In this document: positions 9,072 through 19,577 of the stretch, piece after piece
How the letters are laid out: each line of letters opens with the position of its first letter
Numbering within the stretch: position 1 is the stretch's first letter
Assembly: GCA_964458315.1 (NCBI GenBank)
Contig: CAYWIK010000004.1
Span: 6,019-70,018, forward strand
Direction: 5' to 3'
DNA from: an uncultured Spirochaetales bacterium
Lineage (GTDB): Bacteria; Spirochaetota; Spirochaetia; SPDA01; CAZSGZ01
Length of the DNA: 64,000 bases
Notes under the pieces: model-generated
The model's input: only the letters and a program-made list of their open reading frames with translations
Database searches by the model: none
Told to the model about the DNA's origin: nothing
Translations under genes and position numbers: made by a program

Positions 9072-10222
9072 TTTTTCGATTCAAATTCTTTTTTATTGAT
9101 TACCGGGCGTGCGTATATCTCGATACCGGTTTTCGCGATTTCTTCCGGCCACCGTTTGAGCCGTTTGAGGAAAGCATCTTTTTCGCTGTCTGTATAATGG
9201 GTCCGAAATTCGTCCGTATTAAAATGAAGATCGTACGCGATATAATTAGTCGGCCAGAGATGATAGTTGCGGATAACCTGTTCATCGACAGCCTCTGCAA
9301 CTTCCTTCGGATCTTTCCATGATCCGGACAGGGGCGGGGTAAAGCAGAAATGGACCCTGCCTTTCGGCTCGTTTATGCCTTTAAGGATGCTAATAAGATC
9401 TTCCCTGGGGCTTTTCTCATACGATTCGGAAATCCTTTTGTAATAGACCTCCCTGGCTTTCATTCTGTCACAGGGATCATATTCATAGGAAATCGAAACC
9501 GGTATTATGCAGCATTCGTTTATGAAATCGGAAAACTTCATCCCCCCCTTAACCTGGGAGAGATAAATCATCTTGATAATCGTCGGATTGGTCCTGTCGT
9601 CTCCGTCCTTTGCCCTCCCCCCTTCCTGGGCAAGCCAGATCGAGCTTCCCCGGGCAAGGGTATACCATACATAGTTGGAAAGTTTGAGGGACTCCGGAAG
9701 CTGCTCATGCGGTTCTAATTTCCTGCGGACAAGAAATCCTTTATTGATCCGGATCAAATCCGAAACAAATTTGTTGATGAGAAGATTGTCCCCGAAGGCT
9801 ATCTCCGGTGTTTTCATGCCGATCTTCATGAGTCCGTAGGCGAGAAACGCGGAATCGAGCACAATATCGCGGTGGTTTGTAATGAACAAGCTGCCCCGCC
9901 CGCGGGGGATATGCTCCGTCCCCTCGTAGGTGAGCTCGGTCATGGTCCGTTCTTCGATCCACTGCAGTACCGTTGTCCGGAAAAACCGAAAATGCCAGTC
10001 GTCTACCGTATGGATGCGGACAAGTCTGAGCCGCAGGTAGAATTTTAATACCGCTTCGGCAGCCGGGACCAACCATTCGGGCATGTCGGGCCAGAAAAAC
10101 CTCCGCAGCGCGGCAACGATCCAAGGATGGCGCCTAATTCGGTTCAGAATAGACCGGATTTCCCAATCTCTGTACGGTCGTATGTCCTCGAAATCCTTTT
10201 CTGTGAAGAGAGGTTTTTCCAT
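9068..10222 (-). CDS. Lysophospholipid/glycerolipid acyltransferase family protein (PlsC/LPLAT-like)
   Basis: Motif I-like FITNHRDIVLD and motif III-like LAQEGGRAKDG. 4-bp overlap with the upstream lipoprotein gene. Confidence 0.45.
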   Translation of the reverse strand: MEKPLFTEKDFEDIRPYRDWEIRSILNRIRRHPWIVAALRRFFWPDMPEWLVPAAEAVLKFYLRLRLVRIHTVDDWHFRFFRTTVLQWIEERTMTELTYEGTEHIPRGRGSLFITNHRDIVLDSAFLAYGLMKIGMKTPEIAFGDNLLINKFVSDLIRINKGFLVRRKLEPHEQLPESLKLSNYVWYTLARGSSIWLAQEGGRAKDGDDRTNPTIIKMIYLSQVKGGMKFSDFINECCIIPVSISYEYDPCDRMKAREVYYKRISESYEKSPREDLISILKGINEPKGRVHFCFTPPLSGSWKDPKEVAEAVDEQVIRNYHLWPTNYIAYDLHFNTDEFRTHYTDSEKDAFLKRLKRWPEEIAKTGIEIYARPVINKKEFESKK

Positions 10223-10237
10223 ACCCGTATCAGACTG

Positions 10238-10624
10238 TTACGACTTCTCCTCTTCCACGACCGCTTCATACCCGGATGAATCGAGAAAATCGCCCTCATC
10301 AATGTCCCCGGACGCTTCAATTTTGACAATGAAGGTGCCGTAGGCATCCTGATTGATCTTTTCAGGAGTGTCTTCGAGTTCGCTGTTTACTTCCTTGATT
10401 GTACCGGCAACAGGAGTGTAGATAGGAGAAGCCGCTTTTACCGATTCGATGGTGGTAATTTCATCCCCTTTCTCCAGTTCGGCGCCTAGTTCGGGAACTT
10501 CGATAAAAACGATGTCCCCTAAGGAATCCTGCGCGTAATCGGTGATGCCGAGGGTTACCATCGAGCCTTCGACTTGCACCCATTCGTGGGTTTTCAGATA
10601 TTTTCTGTCTTCAGGAAAATTCAT
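10238..10624 (-). CDS. gcvH: Glycine cleavage system H protein (lipoyl carrier)
   Basis: Canonical GcvH sequence (YLKTHEWV..TLGITDYAQ..LGDIVF.E.P..G) with the lipoyl-lysine in ESVKAAS. Confidence 0.85.
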   Translation of the reverse strand: MNFPEDRKYLKTHEWVQVEGSMVTLGITDYAQDSLGDIVFIEVPELGAELEKGDEITTIESVKAASPIYTPVAGTIKEVNSELEDTPEKINQDAYGTFIVKIEASGDIDEGDFLDSSGYEAVVEEEKS

Positions 10625-10651
10625 TAGAAACCTCCTTTTTTTAATTGCATA

Positions 10652-11635
10652 TTATGTGATCCCTACCAAAGCTTTTATATATTGAGACCGTTCGTACGCT
10701 TCCGGATGGCCGCTCTTTTCCTGGCAGAGTATTCCGCTGAATTGGTCTATCGTGGTATAGTTGTGTCTTTCCATCCAGCTTTCAATTCCTTTCATAATGG
10801 TGCCAATATATTCCACACCGTTGTTGAATAATACCGAACAGAGCTGGGCGACCTTGGCCCCGGCCAACAACTGCTTAATTACTCCGTTCGAATCGTGGAT
10901 GCCCGTTGTAGCGGCCAAATCGCAGGAAAGTTCGCCGGACATAAGGGCAATCCACTGAAGGACCATTGACATCTCCTGGGGAGCGCTGAAAATATTTGCA
11001 GGGACCAATTTTAATTTTTCAACATCGATATCGGGGCGGTAAAATCTATTGAAAAGTACGAGGGCTTTCATACCTTCAGCCGCAAGGGTGTGCATAAAAT
11101 TGGCCATACCGGAAAAATGGGGGCCGATTTTCATGGCCACCGGCATGGAAACAACCTTTGTAATTTTTCTTGCTATCTCGGTATAAATTTTTTCGATTTC
11201 CTGTCCCGTTTTTTTCGCGTCGGCAGGTATAACAAAAACGTTCAGCTCGAGGGCGTCCGCACCGACTGTTTCAAAATTTTTCGCATAATCGATCCATTTG
11301 CCTGCTGTTATACAGTTCAGGCTTGCAATGACCGGTATAGAGAGGCTTTTTTTCGCATCTTCGACAAGCTTGAGATAACTGTCTAAATAGTACTCTTCGC
11401 TCATTACATTGGTGTAATCGTAAGCCTCCGCGTGAACATTGACATCGAGGGCGCCGAGCATGTTCCCGGCGTCCGATATAATTTGTTCTTCAAAGAGGGA
11501 TTTAAGCACCACGCCCCCCGCACCGGCGTCTTCACATTGTTTTATTCCGTCAATCGTTGAGGTCAGTTTCGAACTTGCAACCACAATCGGATTTTTAAAA
11601 CGAATCCCCATATATTTTGTTGAAAGATCTGCCAT
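10652..11635 (-). CDS. Dihydroorotate-dehydrogenase-family TIM-barrel flavoprotein (non-canonical active site, PyrD-like)
   Basis: DHODH/DHPD-like N-terminus (GIRFKNPIVVASSKLTSTIDGIK..AGAGGVVLKS). The catalytic Cys/Ser-Pro-Asn of class 1 PyrD is not conserved (ELNVFVIPA). Confidence 0.5.
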   Translation of the reverse strand: MADLSTKYMGIRFKNPIVVASSKLTSTIDGIKQCEDAGAGGVVLKSLFEEQIISDAGNMLGALDVNVHAEAYDYTNVMSEEYYLDSYLKLVEDAKKSLSIPVIASLNCITAGKWIDYAKNFETVGADALELNVFVIPADAKKTGQEIEKIYTEIARKITKVVSMPVAMKIGPHFSGMANFMHTLAAEGMKALVLFNRFYRPDIDVEKLKLVPANIFSAPQEMSMVLQWIALMSGELSCDLAATTGIHDSNGVIKQLLAGAKVAQLCSVLFNNGVEYIGTIMKGIESWMERHNYTTIDQFSGILCQEKSGHPEAYERSQYIKALVGIT

Positions 11636-11734
11636 ATCCGCTCCTTTTTCACCTCACATGAACAAAGGTAGATTACTCCCCTCTGTTTGTCAAGTTAGCT
11701 GAAATAGAAGACTTTATTCTCCGATATTTATATT

Positions 11735-12547
11735 ATGGAAATAACAAACGAAACGCTTCTGCGGGTGGCAGGCGAAGCAGCCGGGGCGGCGGCAAAGATA
11801 CACAAAAAGTATGCCGCCGAAGGATTTAATTCCGCCTCAAAAAGCGCAGCCTATGATCTTGTGACCAATGTGGACACGGAATCGGAACATGCGGTTGTCG
11901 ATGTGATAAAAGAGTCGTTTCCGAATCATAATATCGTCGGAGAAGAACACGACTATAATGAAACGGCCTCCGATTATGCCTGGTTCATCGATCCTTTGGA
12001 CGGCACAAATAATTTTACCAAAGGGATTCCCCACTACAGTGTGTCTCTAGGGTGCGCAAAAAAAGGAAGACTCCATTTAGGGGTTGTTATTGATACGGCA
12101 AAGGACGAGCTGTTTTATGCTGTTCGCGGAGAAGGCGCGTTTTTCGGAGAAGTCCCGATCCGGGTGAGCGAGGTCTCCTCCCTTGGAGGGGCAATGCTCT
12201 ATACGGGTTTTTACTACGACCGGGGAGAGTACATGCGCGGGACCCTTAAGGCGATCGAATCTTTTTTTCAGGAATCGATTCTGGGCATACGCCGGTCGGG
12301 ATCCGCGGCCCTCGATCTCTGCTATCTCGCATGCGGACGCGCCGACGGTTTTTGGGAACATTATTTAAGTCCCTGGGATACTGCGGCAGGGGTATGCATC
12401 CTGCAGGAGGCCGGAGGACTGGTTACGGATTTTCGCAGCCAGCCGCTTCCGCTGTCCCCCTCTACCATCGTTGCGTCTAATCATCTGATCCACAACGATA
12501 TGCTTACAATCATCTCAAACTCATATCCTGCAGAACTGTTCGGCTAG
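11735..12547 (+). CDS. suhB: Inositol monophosphatase family protein
   Basis: IMPase motifs [12 protein letters not shown] and [18 protein letters not shown]. Confidence 0.8.
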   Translation: MEITNETLLRVAGEAAGAAAKIHKKYAAEGFNSASKSAAYDLVTNVDTESEHAVVDVIKESFPNHNIVGEEHDYNETASDYAWFIDPLDGTNNFTKGIPHYSVSLGCAKKGRLHLGVVIDTAKDELFYAVRGEGAFFGEVPIRVSEVSSLGGAMLYTGFYYDRGEYMRGTLKAIESFFQESILGIRRSGSAALDLCYLACGRADGFWEHYLSPWDTAAGVCILQEAGGLVTDFRSQPLPLSPSTIVASNHLIHNDMLTIISNSYPAELFG

Positions 12548-12762
12548 TAATTTTTCATAGCCTGCATTTTTCTGAGCTTCTTCATCTGTTTCCGCTCAAG
12601 GGCTTTTCTCTTTTTATTCCTTATTGTGGAAGGCTTTTCGAAATATTCACGTTTTTTCCATTCACGTATAATTCCTTCTTTTTCAACCATCCTTTTAAAG
12701 CGCTTGAGCGCTTTTTCAAGCGGTTCTCCTTCGTCTATTCGTACGTAAGCTATGGTCATCAC
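12544..12762 (-). CDS. rpsU: 30S ribosomal protein S21
   Basis: [27 protein letters not shown], typical S21. The start may be the second Met. Confidence 0.8.
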   Translation of the reverse strand: MMTIAYVRIDEGEPLEKALKRFKRMVEKEGIIREWKKREYFEKPSTIRNKKRKALERKQMKKLRKMQAMKNY

Positions 12763-13712
12763 CCCCTTTGCTCGATTTTTGTGGGTTTACTATTGCCGAA
12801 AATGACTGCTTTGTCAATAATATCTTCCGACACAAAAATATTCGGGTCCACCGGGACTCCGCCGACGCGAATCTCCCAGTGCAGATGATCTCCCGTAGCA
12901 AGGCCGGTACTTCCTATCGTACCGACCGCCCTTCCCTTTTTCACGTATTCACCCGTATCGACCGCGATCGAATCGAGATGATAATAGAGACCGAATACTC
13001 CGGGGAGATGTTCGATAATGATCGTTTTTCCCGCTATCACCCATTCGCCTGTGAAAATCACCCGGCCGGAGGCGCTTGCATAGACCGGGGTCCCTTTCGG
13101 CGCGGCAAAATCTATGCCGTTGTGGATTGCGTAGGCCCTTTCTCCGTTCGAATAAAGATAGGTCCTTCGGTCACCGAAAAAAGAACTTATCCGGTATTCA
13201 TCCACAGGAATGCGATGATGCTCCAGGGCGAACACGGCGCTCGGAGAGAACCCTTTTACCAGTTTTCGGAGAATACGGGCTTCTTCCGCTTTGCGCGGGT
13301 CCGGTTTACTCCGGAGTTCCGTCAAATCAGTCCTTAAGGGGATCTCCTCGCTTTTAAATTGTTTCCACCCCACATTGATACTGAAATTGTATATTTTTCT
13401 GCCCTCTATATGATCGAGGGTAGCGCGGATCGAATATTCTCCCGGGTCCAATGTCGGCGAAATTCCTAGAAGGCATACCCAAACGGAATCAAGCCGCCCC
13501 GAAGGAAGAAAGGAAAACGATTCGGCTTCCGCAACGGTTTTCCCGGAGAGAGTCACTAGTTCCGCGTGCGCCCCGGTCGTTCCGCTGTCTCCTTCCACAC
13601 GTACATAGCCGATTCCTCCGGGGACCGCGGTTTCGCTGTGCAGAATGGTCGGTTCGGCACGAAGAAATGCACACAGAAGCAGAAACAGCGGGAGAAAAAG
13701 AAATTTTTTCAT
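12759..13712 (-). CDS. Secreted M23 family metallopeptidase (LytM domain)
   Basis: Signal peptide. [16 protein letters not shown]...GDHLHWEI M23 motifs (HxxxD, HxH). Confidence 0.8.
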   Translation of the reverse strand: MKKFLFLPLFLLLCAFLRAEPTILHSETAVPGGIGYVRVEGDSGTTGAHAELVTLSGKTVAEAESFSFLPSGRLDSVWVCLLGISPTLDPGEYSIRATLDHIEGRKIYNFSINVGWKQFKSEEIPLRTDLTELRSKPDPRKAEEARILRKLVKGFSPSAVFALEHHRIPVDEYRISSFFGDRRTYLYSNGERAYAIHNGIDFAAPKGTPVYASASGRVIFTGEWVIAGKTIIIEHLPGVFGLYYHLDSIAVDTGEYVKKGRAVGTIGSTGLATGDHLHWEIRVGGVPVDPNIFVSEDIIDKAVIFGNSKPTKIEQRG

Positions 13713-15820
13713 CGTTTTATATCCACAATAGTCAATTGAAGCTGCTCCCGGTTCTGAAAATAATTCCTTCCTAAGCGGAAAACAAAACTAATTGAATCGC
13801 CGACGGAAAAATCACGGTCAACCCGGTCGGCTGCCTTCCAAAACAGTGCGGGCCATATGTTTTTGCCCACTTCTATGCTCAGCTTTGCATGTTGGATTTC
13901 TGTCTTTCCTACAATCGATATGTCTTTGATTAAAGCCTTTTGGACACAGAACAAAAGAGGCGGATTCCCTTCTCCGTAAGGTTCGAAGAGTTCGACCACC
14001 TTAATCAGATCGGGGTTCATATATTCTTCCGGTAATTCCGCGTCGATTTCTAAAATCTCTTCGGTGTCCGGCCGCGGTTCCACGGTTTTCATGAGCTGTT
14101 TCATTTTCTCTTCGAAAAGTGAAAGGTTGCCGCGCTCAATGCTGAACCCGGCCGCGCAATCGTGACCGCCGTAATCAATGAACAGATCGGAGCATTGGGC
14201 CAGCATTTCCTTGACATTTACTTCGTCACCACTCCGTACCGAACCAATCGCAATGGCATCCTGGATAGAGACAACAAAAGCAGGGGCATTGAAATGGTTG
14301 ACCAGCCGCGACGCGATGATCCCGGTAATTCCCCGGTGGATGTCCCGGCCCGCAACCATTAACATTTTCCCGTTGAATTCGTCATAACTTGTATATGCCT
14401 TGGACAAAACTTTTTCCCAGGTTTTCCCCCCCAGGCTTCTCCGCTCTTTGTTCATGTTGATGATTTCTTCCGCAAGCCGGGATCGTTCTTCTTCCGATTC
14501 GGACAAAAAAAGCCGTACCGTTGTGTCCGGCGTCCCCATCCGGCCGGTGGCATTGATAAGCGGGGCGATATACCAGGAGACGTCCTTTGTTCCGATCTTT
14601 TTACGCAGCAGTCCCTGTTTAAACATCAATTCATAGAGCCCGGGCCTTTCGGCCTTTTTTAAGATCTCCATACCGAGTCGGACTAAGATTCTATTCTCGT
14701 CCCGCAGGGGCATGAGGTCTGCGAGGGTGCCGAGGGCAACGAGATCGAGAAGGGATAAAAATTCTTTCGAAATCGAAGGTTCGCTTGCAAATACATAGGA
14801 GGCGAAAAGGTTCGATAAAATTTCGATTTCTCCCTGTGTTTCTTCGCGGTACCTCGCCATTTTGCTCAATTCCAGCATCCGGTAGAGACTTTTTCCCTCG
14901 AGCTGGGGAAAGGCTTTCCAAATTTCAGGCGCCATATCAAACACGTTTAGCTCCACCCCTTCACCGAACACGCGCCTGAAGGCTTTCTTTTGCAGAGGAG
15001 TGTCGTAAACAAAAATTTCTCGGTTCTGCAGAAACGGGAGCAGCCGGGTCTGCTCGATCGGCACCATACCGGGAACGATATTTTCTACCACTCGGCCGGT
15101 TTCTACTAAATTGACTAAGGTAACCGCCTCGATGATGTATGTTTCGTTTCCGGGCCGCAGGTTGAGGAGACAAACCGGGCGGTTGTATAAATTGGTTTTT
15201 GCAAACCGGAGGGCCCAGATGAACTTGGCCGCGACAGCGCAGCCGGCCAGTCCTTCGAAAGGATAACCGGAATCTTCCATTTTCGGATTAATGATCGCAA
15301 AGGCATGAGGGATTGTTTCATGAGGCAGGTGATGGTCGATAATGATGGTATCTATTCCCGCCTCCCGGGCCCGTGCTATTTCAGCGTGGGCGGATATGCC
15401 GCAATCCACCGTGATAATCAGGGTCCCGTCTCGTTCGGCAAACCCTTCCACCGATTCCATTGATATCCCGTAAGGGTCGTCTCCGAGCGGCAGTTCCCAC
15501 TCTACTTCCAGCCCCAGCCCGGTCAACTCCTGGTAGAGAAGAACCGTCGAAGTAATTCCGTCCACGTCGCGATCGCCGAATATCAATACCCGCTCTCCTT
15601 CCGCAGCCGCGCGATGGACCCTGTCCACCGCCTCCTCCATCTCAGCGAACAGGAAAGGGTTGTGCAGATACCGAAGGTCGTTTTCCAGATAAAAGAGTAT
15701 TTCTCCGTAGGCAGTAAGGCCTCTCCGCAGCAGGATCGCGGAGGTGAGGAGATCTATTCCGAAACGGGATGAAAACTCCCGTACGGTATCGGCATTTATT
15801 TTTTCTTTATTCCACTTCAT
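13709..15820 (-). CDS. recJ: Single-stranded-DNA-specific exonuclease RecJ
   Basis: DHH motifs (GDRDVDGITS, IIIDHHLPHE), DHHA1 region, C-terminal OB domain. Length 703 aa. Confidence 0.85.
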   Translation of the reverse strand: MKWNKEKINADTVREFSSRFGIDLLTSAILLRRGLTAYGEILFYLENDLRYLHNPFLFAEMEEAVDRVHRAAAEGERVLIFGDRDVDGITSTVLLYQELTGLGLEVEWELPLGDDPYGISMESVEGFAERDGTLIITVDCGISAHAEIARAREAGIDTIIIDHHLPHETIPHAFAIINPKMEDSGYPFEGLAGCAVAAKFIWALRFAKTNLYNRPVCLLNLRPGNETYIIEAVTLVNLVETGRVVENIVPGMVPIEQTRLLPFLQNREIFVYDTPLQKKAFRRVFGEGVELNVFDMAPEIWKAFPQLEGKSLYRMLELSKMARYREETQGEIEILSNLFASYVFASEPSISKEFLSLLDLVALGTLADLMPLRDENRILVRLGMEILKKAERPGLYELMFKQGLLRKKIGTKDVSWYIAPLINATGRMGTPDTTVRLFLSESEEERSRLAEEIINMNKERRSLGGKTWEKVLSKAYTSYDEFNGKMLMVAGRDIHRGITGIIASRLVNHFNAPAFVVSIQDAIAIGSVRSGDEVNVKEMLAQCSDLFIDYGGHDCAAGFSIERGNLSLFEEKMKQLMKTVEPRPDTEEILEIDAELPEEYMNPDLIKVVELFEPYGEGNPPLLFCVQKALIKDISIVGKTEIQHAKLSIEVGKNIWPALFWKAADRVDRDFSVGDSISFVFRLGRNYFQNREQLQLTIVDIKR

Positions 15821-15827
15821 ATAGTTT

Positions 15828-16391
15828 TTATTTAAACGAGAATAAGGCTAATTCGGTGTATACCGGGCCTTTCGGCTGCAATTCCGACCGGTAAAGGACC
15901 GCACGTTCTATCTGAAAACTCCCCTCGAGAGGGGGCTGCCGCGATTCCCCGATATTCCGTTCGATTTTTCTTCCCTTTCTCACCCTGCCGAGGGTGATAT
16001 GGGGAATAAATTTTTTCCCATCGAGAGAAACTATTTTTTTCAACTCCCTGCCCGATTCCCGGTGAAAATCCGCGCACTCCTCCGCTCCGGCGGTCATGGG
16101 AGTGAAAACCACCCGCGGCAACCCCTTCGGCGGGAAATAGCCGACTCCGGAAAAAGCCGCTGTGATACGCCGTTGCCCCGCGGCGACCCCTGCTAAAACG
16201 GAATTGATCAGTTCCGCGGTTCCTTCGTCTATATCGCCTAAGAAGTGCAGGGTGATGTGGAGATTTTCCGGCCGCACCCATTTCACCTCCCGATACCTTT
16301 CTTTAAGCGGACGCAGGTATGCGCCGATTTGTTGTTTCACCTCCTCAGGCAGCGGAAATGCAAGAAATACCCTCATATAAGTTCCAACCAC
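15828..16391 (-). CDS. thpR: RNA 2',3'-cyclic phosphodiesterase (2H family, ThpR/LigT)
   Basis: Two H-x-T-x motifs (HITLHFLG and HITLGRV). Confidence 0.8.
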   Translation of the reverse strand: MVGTYMRVFLAFPLPEEVKQQIGAYLRPLKERYREVKWVRPENLHITLHFLGDIDEGTAELINSVLAGVAAGQRRITAAFSGVGYFPPKGLPRVVFTPMTAGAEECADFHRESGRELKKIVSLDGKKFIPHITLGRVRKGRKIERNIGESRQPPLEGSFQIERAVLYRSELQPKGPVYTELALFSFK

Positions 16392-17140
16392 ATTTGAATA
16401 GATTGTAACGGTTCTTCAAGGATAGATTCAATATAATCGGCCAATATTTTTACAAGAATCCTTCCGGTATTTTTTTCCGTTTCCACCCGTAGGGCATTAT
16501 GAATATCCATTTTCTGCGTATGCAGAAGGTAGACAATGCCTCCTCGGGGAATTTTCAGACTGTCGGGCCCCGCGCACCTGGAGCAGAAGAAATCCTTTTC
16601 GCCTCTCGAGTAGAAAAGCGCCGAATCATCCTTATAACTTTTACCGCACGCTCTGCAGCGGCTGATGTCAGGAATGAATCCGGCTGAATCGAGATATTTC
16701 CAGAGATACTGAATGACGACATAGGGAACTGCCTTTTGTCCGGCAGAGTCCAGCAGCGTAAGGGTTTTCGACGTAAGATGAAAAAAAAGAGACGCGTCAC
16801 CCCCTGCATACGATTTAATAAGCACTTCGGCGATCACATGCGCCCCGTAGTACCGCACAAGGGAGCCGTGGAGCGTATCGTTTAGATGTACGGGCCTGGC
16901 GTCTTCAATCTTGTACATCCCTTTAACCGGCTCATAGTAGAGATCGACAATAATTTCAGCAAAGGGCGTGATGACCCCTGCGAGCCTGCTCTTTCCCTTT
17001 GCGGCCCCGAACGCGGCAGCGTAAATCAATCCATGGCTGCGCGTGAGCATCTGTACGTTTTTGTGTATCTCCCCGAATCGTTTCACGGCGAGAATGATCG
17101 CTTCGTCTTTCCTCAGCCTGCTTGCCACACGGTCTATCAT
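16373..17140 (-). CDS. recO: DNA repair protein RecO (putative; start trimmed)
   Basis: N-terminal OB-like region (DEAIILAVKRFGEIHKNVQMLTRSHGLIYAAAFGA). C-terminal C4 zinc finger CRACG-x18-CSRCAG. The longest ORF (to 17374) overlaps lon by 192 nt. Starting at the Met at 17140 (256 aa) or 17206 gives a typical RecO length. Confidence 0.45.
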   Translation of the reverse strand: MIDRVASRLRKDEAIILAVKRFGEIHKNVQMLTRSHGLIYAAAFGAAKGKSRLAGVITPFAEIIVDLYYEPVKGMYKIEDARPVHLNDTLHGSLVRYYGAHVIAEVLIKSYAGGDASLFFHLTSKTLTLLDSAGQKAVPYVVIQYLWKYLDSAGFIPDISRCRACGKSYKDDSALFYSRGEKDFFCSRCAGPDSLKIPRGGIVYLLHTQKMDIHNALRVETEKNTGRILVKILADYIESILEEPLQSIQMWLELI

Positions 17141-17230
17141 AGCTTTTTGATCGAAATAGACAAGTGGGGTGTAATCTAATGTTTGACCGGCGCTTATTCT
17201 GTTCATATATTTTGTAAACAAGGAGCTATA

Positions 17231-19570
17231 ATGCCAGAAAGAGATATTATTCCGGCGGACATGATCCTGCCGAACAAACTTTTTATCGTTCCACTCTCCG
17301 GGAAACCGATATTTCCCGGGATCTTTACCCCTCTCATGATTTCTTCGGAGGAGGATATTCAAGTCATTGACCAATCGATGTCGAACAATAATTTGATCGG
17401 ACTCAACCTTCTAAAAGAAAGTGAAGACGAGGAACCGCAGACGAGTGATTTTTATAAAGTAGGAACTGCTGCGAAAATTGTAAAAAAAATCAATCTTCCG
17501 AACGGCGGATATAATATTTTTATCTCCACGCTGAAACGGTATCGGATAAAGAAATTTGCCTCCGACAGCCAGCCCTTTTCCGCCGCGGTTGAATATCTAG
17601 ACGACAAAAACGACCACGGGGATGAGGTCCAGGCCCTCACCAGGGCATTAATCGCTGAAATGAAGCAGCTTTCCGAAAACAACCCGCTTTTTTCCGAAGA
17701 AATGAAACTTAATATGGTCAATATCGATCAGCCCGGGAAAATCGCCGACTTTATCACTTCAATGCTCAACATCGCTAAGGAGGAGCAGCAAAAAATCCTC
17801 GAAACCATTGATGTGAGGACGAGAATGGAACAGGTCCTCGTGTTCATCAAAAAAGAGCAGGAACTTTTAAAAATTCAAAAACGCATTCAGAAACAGATAA
17901 ACGAGAAGATAGAAAAAAGCCAGCGGGAATATTTCCTCAAAGAAGAACTCAAGGCAATCAAGCAGGAATTGGGAATGCCCGTGGATTCCAAGAGTTCCGA
18001 GTACCAGCGTTTTAAGGACGCAATCGAAAAATTGGAACTCACCGGCGAGGTAAAAGAGCAGGTAGACCGGGAATTGGAAAAATTCTCCCTTATGGACGCC
18101 AACTCTTCGGAGTTCATCGTCACCAGGAACTACCTCGATACAATCATCAATCTTCCCTGGCAGGAACCGAAGAGCAGAGCGATTGATTTGGAGAAAGCCG
18201 AGAAAATCCTCGAAGCGGACCATTACGGCCTCGAAGACGTAAAAAACCGCATTATCGAGTATTTAGCGGTGAGGAAGTTAAAAAAAGACACCAAAGGTTC
18301 GATCGTCTGTCTTGTAGGCCCTCCGGGTGTCGGTAAAACTTCGGTCGGAAAATCAATAGCCCGGGCTTTAGACCGGGAATTTTTTCGGTTTTCCGTGGGC
18401 GGAATGCGGGACGAGGCGGAAATAAAGGGACACCGGCGGACCTATGTGGGCGCCATGCCCGGGAAAATTATCCAGGGCTTGAAGATCGTGGGGCAGAAAA
18501 ACCCGGTTTTCATGATCGACGAAATTGACAAGCTCGGCGTTTCTTTCCAGGGAGATCCTTCTTCCGCCCTGTTAGAAGTTTTAGACCCTGAGCAGAATGT
18601 CGCATTCCGTGACCATTACCTCGATCTGCCTTTCGATATTTCTCATACTATTTTCATCACCACAGCGAACACCCTCGACACGATTCCGCGGCCCCTTCTC
18701 GACCGCATGGAGGTGATCCGCCTTTCCGGATATATCGAGCAGGAAAAAATCGCTATCGCGAAAAAATACCTTATTCCTAAATCCCTCGAAAGGTCGGGCC
18801 TTCAGAAAAAGGACGTTAAATATAAAAAATCGGCCCTTTCCGTCATCGCGCGAAACTATGCCCGGGAAGCCGGGGTGCGCAACTTGGAAAAGTACCTCGA
18901 CCGTATTCATCGAAAGGTGGCGAAACAAATTGTCGTAAACAAGCAAGAGACGCCTTTGACGGTCGAAAAGGAGGACCTCGAAACCTACTTAGGCCAGCCG
19001 GTTTTCAGGGAAGAAGTCACGAATAAAGTGACCAGACCGGGAATGGCAGTCGGCTTGGCATGGACGAGTATGGGCGGCGACACCCTTCTCATTGAAGCGA
19101 TGGAAAATCCGGGGAAAGAAGGTTTTAAACTTACCGGCCAAATGGGCGATGTAATGCAGGAGAGCGCGAACATTGCCTACACCTACATTCGCAATATTGC
19201 GGGCAATTTCGGCGTGGATAAATCGTTTTTCGAAAACCACATCATCCATCTCCATATACCGGCAGGCGCGACACCGAAGGACGGCCCATCTGCGGGGATT
19301 ACCATGGCTTCGACCCTCCTCTCCCTTGCTTGTAAAAAGAAAATTCGGGCAAATGTCGCGATGACCGGCGAGCTTTCTCTGGTTGGGAAGGTGCTGCCGA
19401 TCGGAGGGCTGAAAGAGAAAACAATTGCGGCTCGACGAAACAGGATAAAACATATTATTATACCGAAACAGAACCTGAAGGATTTGGAAGAAATTCCCGA
19501 TTACATTAAAAAGGGAATCGAGTTCCATCCGGTCGAGACCATGGACCAGGTTACTGAATTAATTTTTTGA
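17231..19570 (+). CDS. lon: ATP-dependent protease Lon
   Basis: Lon N-domain, AAA+ Walker A (GPPGVGKTS), protease Ser-Lys dyad region (PKDGPSAGITMASTLLSL). Start set at MPERDIIPAD (the upstream Met at 17183 overlaps recO). Confidence 0.9.
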   Translation: MPERDIIPADMILPNKLFIVPLSGKPIFPGIFTPLMISSEEDIQVIDQSMSNNNLIGLNLLKESEDEEPQTSDFYKVGTAAKIVKKINLPNGGYNIFISTLKRYRIKKFASDSQPFSAAVEYLDDKNDHGDEVQALTRALIAEMKQLSENNPLFSEEMKLNMVNIDQPGKIADFITSMLNIAKEEQQKILETIDVRTRMEQVLVFIKKEQELLKIQKRIQKQINEKIEKSQREYFLKEELKAIKQELGMPVDSKSSEYQRFKDAIEKLELTGEVKEQVDRELEKFSLMDANSSEFIVTRNYLDTIINLPWQEPKSRAIDLEKAEKILEADHYGLEDVKNRIIEYLAVRKLKKDTKGSIVCLVGPPGVGKTSVGKSIARALDREFFRFSVGGMRDEAEIKGHRRTYVGAMPGKIIQGLKIVGQKNPVFMIDEIDKLGVSFQGDPSSALLEVLDPEQNVAFRDHYLDLPFDISHTIFITTANTLDTIPRPLLDRMEVIRLSGYIEQEKIAIAKKYLIPKSLERSGLQKKDVKYKKSALSVIARNYAREAGVRNLEKYLDRIHRKVAKQIVVNKQETPLTVEKEDLETYLGQPVFREEVTNKVTRPGMAVGLAWTSMGGDTLLIEAMENPGKEGFKLTGQMGDVMQESANIAYTYIRNIAGNFGVDKSFFENHIIHLHIPAGATPKDGPSAGITMASTLLSLACKKKIRANVAMTGELSLVGKVLPIGGLKEKTIAARRNRIKHIIIPKQNLKDLEEIPDYIKKGIEFHPVETMDQVTELIF

Positions 19571-19577
19571 GTGTAGG

